64,000 bases of DNA. Source: an uncultured Desulfobacteraceae bacterium (lineage in GTDB: Bacteria; Desulfobacterota; DSM-4660; Desulfatiglandales; Desulfatiglandaceae). Positions within the stretch are counted from its first letter, which is position 1. The number at the start of each line of letters is the position of its first letter. The stretch lies in the NCBI GenBank assembly GCA_964639275.1, contig CAZXCQ010000001.1, positions 10,243 through 74,242 of the forward strand, written 5' to 3'. The position numbers and the translations under genes were made by a program. Under the pieces are notes generated by a model that did not search any database, had not been told where the DNA came from, and saw only the letters and a list, made by a program, of their open reading frames with translations. Positions 53,863-61,979 of this stretch are shown here, in pieces.

Positions 53863-55212
53863 ATGGGTGAAAAAATGACCATAATGGTTGTAGACGACGA
53901 GATGATTGTCCGCGAATCCCTTTTCCAGTGGTTCAAAAAGTATGGCCACGAGGTTGAGACGGCTTCATCAGCCTTCGAGGCCCTGGAAAGACTCCGGGAA
54001 TTTCCCTTTGAGCTCCTTTTTATCGACATAAAAATGCCCGGGATGAATGGTATGGAACTTCTTGAGGAGGTAAAAAAAGAATACCCGGATACCATTGTCA
54101 TTATCATGACGGCATATGGCTCTATTGAAACTGCGGTGCAGGCGATGAAAATGGGGGCCAGCGACTACCTGCTCAAGCCGTTCAAACCGGATCAGCTTTC
54201 CCTTGTGATGGAGAAGGCAGCCCATCAGCACCGGCTAAGCTCCGAATACCTGTATCTCAAGGGCCAGTTGGACGAAAAGACGCGGTTTGACAACATCATC
54301 GGGCAATCTCCTGCCATGGAAGAGATCTTCTCCCTTATCCCGGAGATCGCAGCGAGCGAATCTTCGATTCTCATACTCGGAGAGACCGGCAGCGGAAAAG
54401 AGCTAGTAGCCAAGGCCATCCACGCCAAGAGCAGACGATCCAATGGCCCATTCATCGCCATCAATTGCGGTGCAATGCCTGAGACGCTTCTCGAGAGCGA
54501 ACTTTTTGGTCATCAAAAGGGAGCCTTTACCGGGGCAGTTCATGGCCGAAAAGGCTTTTTAGAGGTAGTTACCGGAGGGACCCTTTTCTTGGATGAAGTC
54601 GGTGAGATCAGCCGGAAGATGCAGGTGGATCTCCTGCGGGTCCTGGAAGAGAAAAAGATTACAAGGGTCGGGGAAAGACACCCCATCGATGTGGATTTCC
54701 GTTTGATTTCGGCCACCCGGAGAGAGCTTGAAAAGGAGGTTGCCGAAAAGAAATTCAGGGAAGACTTTTTCTATCGCATCAACGTCATCACAATGAGAGT
54801 CCCTCCTCTGAGAGAGAGAAAAGAGGATATCCCCTTGCTGGTTCAGCATTTTCTTCAGAAATATAGTCATGAAACCACAAAGAAAGTGGATCACCTCACT
54901 CCTGATGCAACTGACTTCTTGAAGGGTTATGATTGGCCCGGGAATGTCAGGGAACTGGAGAATGCCATCGAGCGGGCCGTGGTCCTATCCAAGTCCAGGA
55001 CACTTGGGACCCGGGATTTCTCATTTCTTCGTCCTGCGATTTCTTCCCCTCTAAAGCCGCGATCACTGCGCCAGATGGAAAAGGAGTACATTCAAGACAT
55101 CCTCGCGGAATGCGATTGGAACATCACCCGGGCCGCCGGTATCCTCAACATAAATCGCGTCACCCTTCATAAGATGATCAAAAGGTATGATATAAAAAGG
55201 CCGAGTCCTTGA
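53863..55212 (+). CDS. NtrC-family sigma54-dependent response regulator (REC-AAA+-HTH)
   Basis: ATG 53863 after GGAGGAG. IMVVDDE...LLFIDIKMPGMNG, GETGSGKE, GAFTGA, and ITRAAGILNINRVTLHKMIKR. Confidence 0.9.
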   Translation: MGEKMTIMVVDDEMIVRESLFQWFKKYGHEVETASSAFEALERLREFPFELLFIDIKMPGMNGMELLEEVKKEYPDTIVIIMTAYGSIETAVQAMKMGASDYLLKPFKPDQLSLVMEKAAHQHRLSSEYLYLKGQLDEKTRFDNIIGQSPAMEEIFSLIPEIAASESSILILGETGSGKELVAKAIHAKSRRSNGPFIAINCGAMPETLLESELFGHQKGAFTGAVHGRKGFLEVVTGGTLFLDEVGEISRKMQVDLLRVLEEKKITRVGERHPIDVDFRLISATRRELEKEVAEKKFREDFFYRINVITMRVPPLRERKEDIPLLVQHFLQKYSHETTKKVDHLTPDATDFLKGYDWPGNVRELENAIERAVVLSKSRTLGTRDFSFLRPAISSPLKPRSLRQMEKEYIQDILAECDWNITRAAGILNINRVTLHKMIKRYDIKRPSP

Positions 55213-55232
55213 TTGGCGGCATCAGGCACCCA

Positions 55233-55775
55233 ATGGCTGACATTCGGATAGGGGTGGTTCCTCTGGGAGACGTTCCCGAAATCGCATCCAAAACCATTGC
55301 AGCGCATATCTTGGGCTACACGGGCCTCAACCCGGATATCCATCCGCGGCTGGCCCTCCCCGAGCATGCGCTCGACGAAAATCGGCTCCAATACGATGCG
55401 GGCAATATCCTAATGACGCTTGAAAAGGAGCCCTTCCCTGATTATGACAAAGTAATCGGGGTTCTCGATGTGGACATCTTTGTTCCCATACTCACCCATG
55501 TCTTTGGCGAGGCAAGGCAGGGGGGGACGTCTGCACTGGTTTCGATCTTCAGGCTAAGAAAAAATCCGGGGGGTTTCACTACGCCAACGGCGCTTTTTCT
55601 TGAGAGAGTGGCCAAGGTAGCGCTTCACGAACTGTGTCATCTTTTTGATCTTACCCACTGCATGGATGAAAAATGCCTGATGCATTTTTCCGGCGGACTC
55701 AGAGACCTGGATAGAACACCTCTCAATTTCTGCAGGTATTGCTCGACCTATCTCAGGGATGCTCTGCAAACCTAA
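55233..55775 (+). CDS. Archaemetzincin-like zinc metallopeptidase (M54 family)
   Basis: HELCHLFDLTHCMDEKCLMHF-x-CRYC fits the archaemetzincin HExxHxx(G/D)xxHCxxxxCxM...CxxC signature. The gene follows the NtrC gene with essentially no gap. Confidence 0.75.
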   Translation: MADIRIGVVPLGDVPEIASKTIAAHILGYTGLNPDIHPRLALPEHALDENRLQYDAGNILMTLEKEPFPDYDKVIGVLDVDIFVPILTHVFGEARQGGTSALVSIFRLRKNPGGFTTPTALFLERVAKVALHELCHLFDLTHCMDEKCLMHFSGGLRDLDRTPLNFCRYCSTYLRDALQT

Positions 55776-55894
55776 AAAGCCCCTTTTCGGTCTCTCCGTC
55801 AAAGGTCCGGACCACATCAATGGGGTATCAATTTAGCTTTCTTCAAATACTGTTACGATGCAGGATATACTGCAGCTGCAATCCAGTTCTTTGT

Positions 55895-56836
55895 TTATAT
55901 CTTCTCCGTTCCTAGAAAGGTCTTCACCAACCTATCCCAACCTATTTCAGGAAACTGTCCAAATATGTCGTTGACCGGTTCGCCACCAGTCGATGCCAGG
56001 TCTTTATATCCAGCGCCCATGATAGCCAAAAGCTTCTGACCCTCTTGCTCCATCCAGCGAATACCCTCGTCTCCAAAATATAGTCGCTTGAGGTTTCTCT
56101 TTGGAAACTCAGGTTCCATGATAAAAAGCCACCCATTCTGGTAGGGATCGTGATGGGCAATTTCCGGATGCTCCCGGGTCTTATGGTTGACAGCGAGTAC
56201 CGTCCCTGTCACAGGGGATAGGACCGCTGCCTTATGCTCTTCTCGTCCAAAGGTCCACCCGACTTCCTCCTGCTTCATGGTGGCACCCAGGGGCGGAAGG
56301 TTCAGCTCCTGTATGGCCCCAAAAAGCCTGACCGCAAAATCGTCGAACCCAACCCTGACGCGTCCCCCATGTTCGAAACGCACCCAGCTGTGTCCCATAT
56401 GATAGTAATAGCCCTGGGCCAACCGGTATCCTGAAGCCAGCTTGTAGGTGGGGGTCTCGGTAAACGCCCCCATATCCAGTTCGTCCAGCATCTGGTCATA
56501 TGAACAATGGTGACACTCATAATACATGGTGCATATCTTTGGGGCACTAACCCGCCCTGTCAAGGCATGGCGGCACGGTCGCACAGCACCATGATAGCTT
56601 TTTTTCAGGTGTTCGACCCAGGCCGGTTGCTCCCCTCTTTCTCTGGCATTGGTCTCCAGCCCCATGACCTTTCTCATCCCCTTGTCAAAGGGACAGTTGT
56701 AGCAGTCGTAGGCATTGTCGCATATCCTGAAATTGACAACACCTGCCTTCATCCATATGCATTCCTCCTCCAGCACCGCAAAGCCTATCACTTTCTTTTT
56801 TTTGGGCCCCTCCGGTTTTTCTACTTTTTGTTTCAT
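55895..56836 (-). CDS. GcvH-like (lipoyl/biotinyl-type) domain protein with an N-terminal Cys-rich extension
   Basis: ATG 56836 after AAGGAGG. Two C-x5-C-x2-C motifs are present (CDNAYDCYNC, CTMYYECHHC). The GcvH-like core is HMGHSWVRFE...VGWTFGREEHKAAVLSPVTGTVLAVN...DPYQNGWLF, with the Lys retained. Confidence 0.7.
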   Translation of the reverse strand: MKQKVEKPEGPKKKKVIGFAVLEEECIWMKAGVVNFRICDNAYDCYNCPFDKGMRKVMGLETNARERGEQPAWVEHLKKSYHGAVRPCRHALTGRVSAPKICTMYYECHHCSYDQMLDELDMGAFTETPTYKLASGYRLAQGYYYHMGHSWVRFEHGGRVRVGFDDFAVRLFGAIQELNLPPLGATMKQEEVGWTFGREEHKAAVLSPVTGTVLAVNHKTREHPEIAHHDPYQNGWLFIMEPEFPKRNLKRLYFGDEGIRWMEQEGQKLLAIMGAGYKDLASTGGEPVNDIFGQFPEIGWDRLVKTFLGTEKI

Positions 56837-57051
56837 CTCATTTACCTCCTTGACTTGTAATCCAGATTCAAACCCCCAACACCCCTGATGTCTTACAGAT
56901 TTTGCCGGGCCAATCGCTCCAACGCTATCTCTCATCCTCAATCTCGCGTATTTCCAGCTCCTCAAGCCATTGATCAAAGCCACAGTGTCACCGTTCATAA
57001 TCACGGATACAGAACACTTTCCCACCCAGTCCAGCCTGCCTTTGTGTAAGA

Positions 57052-57066
57052 GCAACGGGTGTGCCA
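57052..57066 (-). promoter_or_regulatory. Sigma54 promoter
   Basis: The minus strand reads TGGCAC-acccg-TTGC, an exact consensus match, ~215 nt upstream of ATG 56836. Confidence 0.6.
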
Positions 57067-57333
57067 GTTGTGCGATGGAAAGGGTTATGAGGTTTTCATG
57101 TTGAAATTATTAATAATTTTTCTGATATTTCACAGCCAGGTCTTTTATGGGTGGAAAGAACGGAATGGAGAAGATGGCTACAATATGAAGCAACGCATGC
57201 GGAAAACCTCAAATAGTCAAACAAAACCGATGCGTTATGTACACGTAGCTTTTGACAACAGTCAATGTAGCCTTTGTTAACATACCAAGGAAATAATCAG
57301 GAAGGCCTGTTTCGATGGCCCAACATGATACAA

Positions 57334-57347
57334 TTGCAATATTGCAA
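57334..57347. promoter_or_regulatory. Perfect 14-bp palindrome, candidate enhancer (UAS) for a sigma54 activator
   Basis: TTGCAATATTGCAA is its own reverse complement. It lies between the two divergent sigma54 promoters, ~130 nt from the plus-strand one. Confidence 0.4.
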
Positions 57348-57474
57348 TGCTAACCATTCTTTTGTTGCGATGATGAAAACGGGGATTTTCTGCTTCGTGC
57401 CCAATCAGCGGCGCAGCTCTGGAATCAATCCCTTAATTCAATAGGTTATCGCCCTATTCGATTCCACAAAAATT

Positions 57475-57489
57475 TGGCACAGAAGATGC
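57475..57489 (+). promoter_or_regulatory. Sigma54 promoter
   Basis: TGGCAC-agaag-ATGC, with correct GG-N10-GC spacing, ~210 nt upstream of ATG 57699. Confidence 0.6.
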
Positions 57490-57698
57490 TATCCCTTTTT
57501 TGACACGGATTTGTCAAGCCTCAAAAGGGGAAGGCGTAACATATCGAAAAAGAGGGAAATGTCAAAGAATCTTAGATTGTAACACTTTAGCCGTATGAAA
57601 CCCGGACAACGGGGATTCCGAACCCCCATTGTCCTCCCCAGGTACAAATCCTGAAGAAAGCTAAATTGATACCTTAGACTAAGGAGGGTTTGTTGGAT

Positions 57699-58088
57699 AT
57701 GAAGACTGGCAGAATTGCTGTACCGAGTGTGGCGCCGGGCGGTCTGGACGCGGAGAGGTCGGGGCATTTTGGGCACTGCGATGTCTTTACCTTTGTAGAT
57801 GTGGAGGGTGGAGAGATCAAACAGGTGAAGACTGTTTCCAACCAGACCCATGTTCAGGGAGGGTGTATGGTCCCGGTCAATTTACTGGCAAGCCATAATG
57901 TGAAGGCCCTGATTGTCGGGGGCATCGGCATGCGACCCCTTATGGGGTTCAGGCAGGTGGGGATCGACGTATACTATGATGGAACCCGACCCCAAATAAG
58001 ACCGGTTGTGGAGGACCTGGTAGCCGGAAGGCTGCCCCTGATAGGAGACGATCAGGTCTGTGGCGGCGGGGCTCAGGATTTGGCATAG
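57699..58088 (+). CDS. NifB/NifX-family (dinitrogenase FeMo-cofactor-binding fold) protein 1
   Basis: ATG 57699 after AGGAGG. RIAVPS......SGHFGHCDVFTFVDVEGGEI...LLASHNVKALIVGGIGMRP is the typical family pattern. Confidence 0.8.
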   Translation: MKTGRIAVPSVAPGGLDAERSGHFGHCDVFTFVDVEGGEIKQVKTVSNQTHVQGGCMVPVNLLASHNVKALIVGGIGMRPLMGFRQVGIDVYYDGTRPQIRPVVEDLVAGRLPLIGDDQVCGGGAQDLA

Positions 58089-58122
58089 CGACTATCATCT
58101 GTTTCAAGAGGGGTTTGTATCT

Positions 58123-58560
58123 ATGGGAAATCAGAAACCGGATGACGACATCTACAGGATGCTCTCTGAATCAGGCTATTCGCCCAAGGCCATTCAGTAT
58201 TTTCAGGAGAGGGAGAACATCGGCGTTATTGAAAATGCGGATCAGACCCTCGACCTCACCGGGCCATGTGGCGATACCATGAAGATCTCCATGAATATAG
58301 CGGGTGACAAGATAAGTGATGCAAAGATACAGGTCCTCGGTTGTCCCGGGGCTGTTGCCTCCGGGTGCGCGGTAATCGATCTTGCCAAGGGAAAGACACT
58401 GGAAGAGGCCGCAAGTATTGATCTGGATGCACTTTATAAGGAACTCGAGAGACTGCCGGATCAAAAGATCCACTGTGCACGTTTGGCAATCAAGACGCTG
58501 CATAAGGCCCTAGAACAATACAATGGCAAGAGAAATCCCGGTCGAGGAGACAAACAATGA
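58123..58560 (+). CDS. NifU/IscU N-terminal-like Fe-S scaffold protein
   Basis: Motifs GPCGDTMKI, VLGCPGAVAS and IHCARLAIKTLHKA supply the three scaffold Cys residues. Confidence 0.8.
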   Translation: MGNQKPDDDIYRMLSESGYSPKAIQYFQERENIGVIENADQTLDLTGPCGDTMKISMNIAGDKISDAKIQVLGCPGAVASGCAVIDLAKGKTLEEAASIDLDALYKELERLPDQKIHCARLAIKTLHKALEQYNGKRNPGRGDKQ

Positions 58561-58934
58561 TCGAGAGAGGTACAATAAAGATTGCGGTCACATCTAGAGG
58601 CACTGGCCTCGACTCTGAGGTCGAGCCCAGATTCGGAAGGGCCCCTTATATCCTTTTGGTTGATTCAGAAACCCTTGAGTTTGAGGTGGTGGATAACAAG
58701 GAGAACGCGAATGCCCTTAAGGGGGCCGGTATTCATGCGGCCAAGATGGTTTGCGATAAGGGAGCAAAGGTCTTGCTCACCGGATTTTGCGGGCCCAACG
58801 CCTTCAGGGCCCTGAAGGCGGCCAAGATTGGGGTCGCCAACAATGCGAGCGGGTCGATAAGAGATGCTGTAAAGGCCTACCTCAACGGAAAATTACCTTT
58901 TTCTGACGCGCCGAATGTGGAGGGTCATTGGTAA
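58557..58934 (+). CDS. NifB/NifX-family protein 2
   Basis: IAVTSRG......PRFGRAPYILLVD...GAGIHAAKMVCDKGAKVLLTGFCGPNAF. The start overlaps the upstream stop (ATGA). Confidence 0.8.
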   Translation: MIERGTIKIAVTSRGTGLDSEVEPRFGRAPYILLVDSETLEFEVVDNKENANALKGAGIHAAKMVCDKGAKVLLTGFCGPNAFRALKAAKIGVANNASGSIRDAVKAYLNGKLPFSDAPNVEGHW

Positions 58935-59021
58935 AGACTCAAACATCTTCAACCAGCTTGTGGGTTTGAGGCAAAGCTTCGCGGGCAATAGGGGGCAAGA
59001 ATAGGCGGGGAGAGTTTTCCC

Positions 59022-59390
59022 ATGAAGATAGCCGTTTCGGTCTGGGAAGGGAAGATATCGCCCGTGTTTGATACCGCTTCGAGGTTATTGATCCTTGACG
59101 TGGAGGGGAGAAGGGAGACATCTCGATCCGAGATCTATCTGGAAGAGCAGGCCCTTACTCGAAAATGCATGCGAATTGAGGTCTTGGGAATCGACATCCT
59201 GATATGCGGGGCCATATCGCGCCCCTTTTACGATATGCTTAGTGCCGTGGGTATCAATGTCATACCCTGGATATGTGGCCCCGAAAAGGATGTCTTACAG
59301 GCCTATATGGAGGGGACTCTATTAGATTCAAGGTTTTCAATGCCGGGTTGTGACCGGAAAAAAGGGAGAAGGGGGGACCGAGCAAAGTGA
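59022..59390 (+). CDS. NifB/NifX-family protein 3 (divergent)
   Basis: MKIAVSVWEGKISPVFDTASRLLILD...GIDILICGAISRPFYDML. Confidence 0.7.
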   Translation: MKIAVSVWEGKISPVFDTASRLLILDVEGRRETSRSEIYLEEQALTRKCMRIEVLGIDILICGAISRPFYDMLSAVGINVIPWICGPEKDVLQAYMEGTLLDSRFSMPGCDRKKGRRGDRAK

Positions 59391-59608
59391 TGACACCAAG
59401 AGGAGGAGAAAAGGGCGGCGGGGGCAAAGGCAAAGGGAGAGGCCAAGGAGCTTCGGGTAGAGGAAAAGGCGCGGGGGGCGGCAGGGGCCTGGGCCCGGGA
59501 GGGGAGTGCGTCTGCCCCAACTGCGGGAAAAGAGTACCGCACCAGCGGGCCAATCCCTGTTTTGAGAGAAAATGTGCCGAATGCGGGACATACATGACAA
59601 GGGCTTAG
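59390..59608 (+). CDS. Small Gly/Lys/Arg-rich protein with a C-terminal CxxC...CxxC zinc ribbon
   Basis: MTPRGGEKGGGGKGKGRGQGASGRGKGAGGGRGLGPGGECVCPNCGKRVPHQRANPCFERKCAECGTYM. The start overlaps the upstream stop. Confidence 0.5.
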   Translation: MTPRGGEKGGGGKGKGRGQGASGRGKGAGGGRGLGPGGECVCPNCGKRVPHQRANPCFERKCAECGTYMTRA

Positions 59609-59615
59609 TCTGGAA

Positions 59616-60509
59616 ATGATCATCAGCATTGCAAGCGGAAAGGGTGGGACTGGCAAGACAACGGTTGCCACAAACCTGGCTGTTTCTCTTGGGGCCGGCG
59701 TTCAGTTGTTGGACTGTGATGTGGAAGAACCCAACGCCCATCTCTTCATACATCCGATCATTGAGGCAGTAGAGAAGGCAACAACGCCGGTTCCCGTTGT
59801 AGACGAAGAAAAATGTACCCTCTGCAGGAAATGCGGCGAAATATGCCAGTTCAAGGCGATCGTTGTGATTGGTGAAACAGTGCTGCCCTTCCATCAACTC
59901 TGCCACAGCTGCGGCGGCTGCGGCGCGGTATGCCCCGAGAAGGCAATCAGTGAGACGAGTCGAGAATTGGGGGTCATTGAAAGGGGAAAGGGAGACGGCC
60001 TGGAGTTTGTCCATGGGAGATTGCGGGTCGGCGAGGCCATGTCACCTCCCCTGATCAGAAAAGTCCGCTCCTTCACAAACCCCGATAGGCTGACCATCAT
60101 CGATGCCCCACCCGGGACTTCATGTCCGGTCATCGCTGCCATAAAGGGGGTCCACTTTGTCTTGCTCGTTACCGAGCCCACACCGTTTGGTCTCCACGAC
60201 CTAAGACTGGCTGTTGAGGCGATCAAGATCCTCGGAATCCCTTCCGGAGTGGTTATTAATCGCTCAGATATGGGAGATGATCAGGTCAAGGCCTATGCCC
60301 AACAGGAGGGTCTGCCTGTCCTGATGGAGATCCCCTTTGATCGCGGTATCGCAGAGGCCTATTCTAGGGGTGACCTCCTCGTTGCGGTTATGCCGGAATA
60401 TAGAGACCGGTTTCGCAGCTTATATCGTCGCATAGAAGGCATGATCAAATCGTTGGGCGTTGACACCGGAGTGTGCCCTGATGAAGGAATTGGTTGTTAT
60501 CAGCGGTAA
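59616..60509 (+). CDS. MinD/Mrp-type P-loop ATPase with an inserted 2x[4Fe-4S] ferredoxin domain (1)
   Basis: Deviant Walker A SGKGGTGKTT. CTLCRKCGEIC and CHSCGGCGAVCP are present. Confidence 0.85.
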   Translation: MIISIASGKGGTGKTTVATNLAVSLGAGVQLLDCDVEEPNAHLFIHPIIEAVEKATTPVPVVDEEKCTLCRKCGEICQFKAIVVIGETVLPFHQLCHSCGGCGAVCPEKAISETSRELGVIERGKGDGLEFVHGRLRVGEAMSPPLIRKVRSFTNPDRLTIIDAPPGTSCPVIAAIKGVHFVLLVTEPTPFGLHDLRLAVEAIKILGIPSGVVINRSDMGDDQVKAYAQQEGLPVLMEIPFDRGIAEAYSRGDLLVAVMPEYRDRFRSLYRRIEGMIKSLGVDTGVCPDEGIGCYQR

Positions 60510-61341
60510 AGGCGGTACCGGGAAGACCAGCATTGTGGCGGCCTTTGCCTCATTGGCTGAAAACCAGGTCATTTGCGATGCTGACGTGGATGCGGCAGAC
60601 CTCCACCTCATAATGGACCCTTCTGTCCAGGAACGCCACATTTTTCAGGGTGGTCATTCGGCTGTCATTGATCCAGATAGATGCACTCGGTGTGGCCTGT
60701 GCAGGGATCTGTGTCGGTGGCAGGCCATTAGCCAGGATCTTGAAGTCGATCCAATCGAGTGCGAGGGCTGCGGGGTCTGTGTCTATTTTTGTCCTGAAAA
60801 TGCCATCGAATTTCCTGTGAAGACCTGCGGCGAGTGGTACCGCTCGGGTACGCGTTTTGGCCCCATGGTCCACGCCCGCCTGGGGATTGCCGAGGAGAAT
60901 TCTGGCAAACTCGTAACTCTGGTGCGACACGAAGCCAGGAGACTTGCTGAAAACACAGGTTCAGATATCATCCTTACCGACGGACCGCCGGGCGTCGGGT
61001 GCCCCGTGATCGCCTCCATCGGTGGGGCCTCCGCTGTCCTGATCGTCGCCGAACCCACGGTTTCAGGAATACATGACATGGAACGGGTCGCCCAATTGGC
61101 AGCCCATTTTGGCGTCCCTGCCATGGTTTGTGTCAACAAGTTTGACCTGAACCTTGATCAATCACAGGCGATAGAGAAATATGCAAGAAAGAACAATCTA
61201 GGCCTGATGGGACGGATACCCTTTGATCCCCTTTTTACCGGAGCTATGCTGCGAGGGCAGACCATCTTTGAATACAATGGAGATTCTCAAGCTGCCGACG
61301 CGGTGCAGGGTATTTGGGAGAAATGGTTGAATCCAGATTAG
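60481..61341 (+). CDS. MinD/Mrp-type P-loop ATPase with an inserted 2x[4Fe-4S] ferredoxin domain (2)
   Basis: ATG 60481. SGKGGTGKTS, CTRCGLCRDLC and CEGCGVCVYFCP are present. It overlaps the upstream gene by 29 nt. Confidence 0.85.
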   Translation: MKELVVISGKGGTGKTSIVAAFASLAENQVICDADVDAADLHLIMDPSVQERHIFQGGHSAVIDPDRCTRCGLCRDLCRWQAISQDLEVDPIECEGCGVCVYFCPENAIEFPVKTCGEWYRSGTRFGPMVHARLGIAEENSGKLVTLVRHEARRLAENTGSDIILTDGPPGVGCPVIASIGGASAVLIVAEPTVSGIHDMERVAQLAAHFGVPAMVCVNKFDLNLDQSQAIEKYARKNNLGLMGRIPFDPLFTGAMLRGQTIFEYNGDSQAADAVQGIWEKWLNPD

Positions 61342-61515
61342 GCTTTTTTGAAACTCGCGCTTGGCCCTTCCAAGACCTTTTCCCTGAGCTCTTCAATGAT
61401 TTCTCTGCGATGCAACGCTCATCTCCGCTGTACAATTTACAATTGAAAGGCAACGTCTCAATAAGCAGGGGGAGTATCAATTTAGGTGGCACCCTGGCCC
61501 TCACAAAAAAGTGCC

Positions 61516-61908
61516 CTATTGCCCCAGCAATTCCTTTATCGTGGCGAGGAGTTTTTCCTTATCCACAGGTTTTTCAAAGAACTCGTCGGGAGCGAAGTAT
61601 TCCATATCCTTTTCGATGTCATAACGAACACCCAATTCATCGGTCATGGCGGAGACTCCGATGATAGGGATCTCCTTGAGTTCGGGATCCCTCCTGACCT
61701 GTTTACACACCTCGAACCCCGAAAAAAGGAGTTCCATCATGACATCCAACAAGACGAGATCCGGACGCTCTTTCCTGATTTTGTCCATCCCGTCTTGACC
61801 GTCTTTGGCTGTGACGGTTTCAAAGCCGTTTCTCTTCAAAAATGTCTCCATGGTAAAGAGGAAATCCGGGTTGTCATCAATGATAAGGATCTTTGCCGGT
61901 CTATTCAT
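61516..61908 (-). CDS. Stand-alone response regulator receiver protein
   Basis: KILIIDDNPD...DLVLLDVMM...FEKP. The start is ATG 61908 (or 61914), after GGAGA. Confidence 0.8.
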   Translation of the reverse strand: MNRPAKILIIDDNPDFLFTMETFLKRNGFETVTAKDGQDGMDKIRKERPDLVLLDVMMELLFSGFEVCKQVRRDPELKEIPIIGVSAMTDELGVRYDIEKDMEYFAPDEFFEKPVDKEKLLATIKELLGQ

Positions 61909-61979
61909 TGTCATTTCTCCATCATTTTTCAAGTGACCTTTCACAAAACTCCTCAGCGAGGCATCCCGCACCGAGGCCC

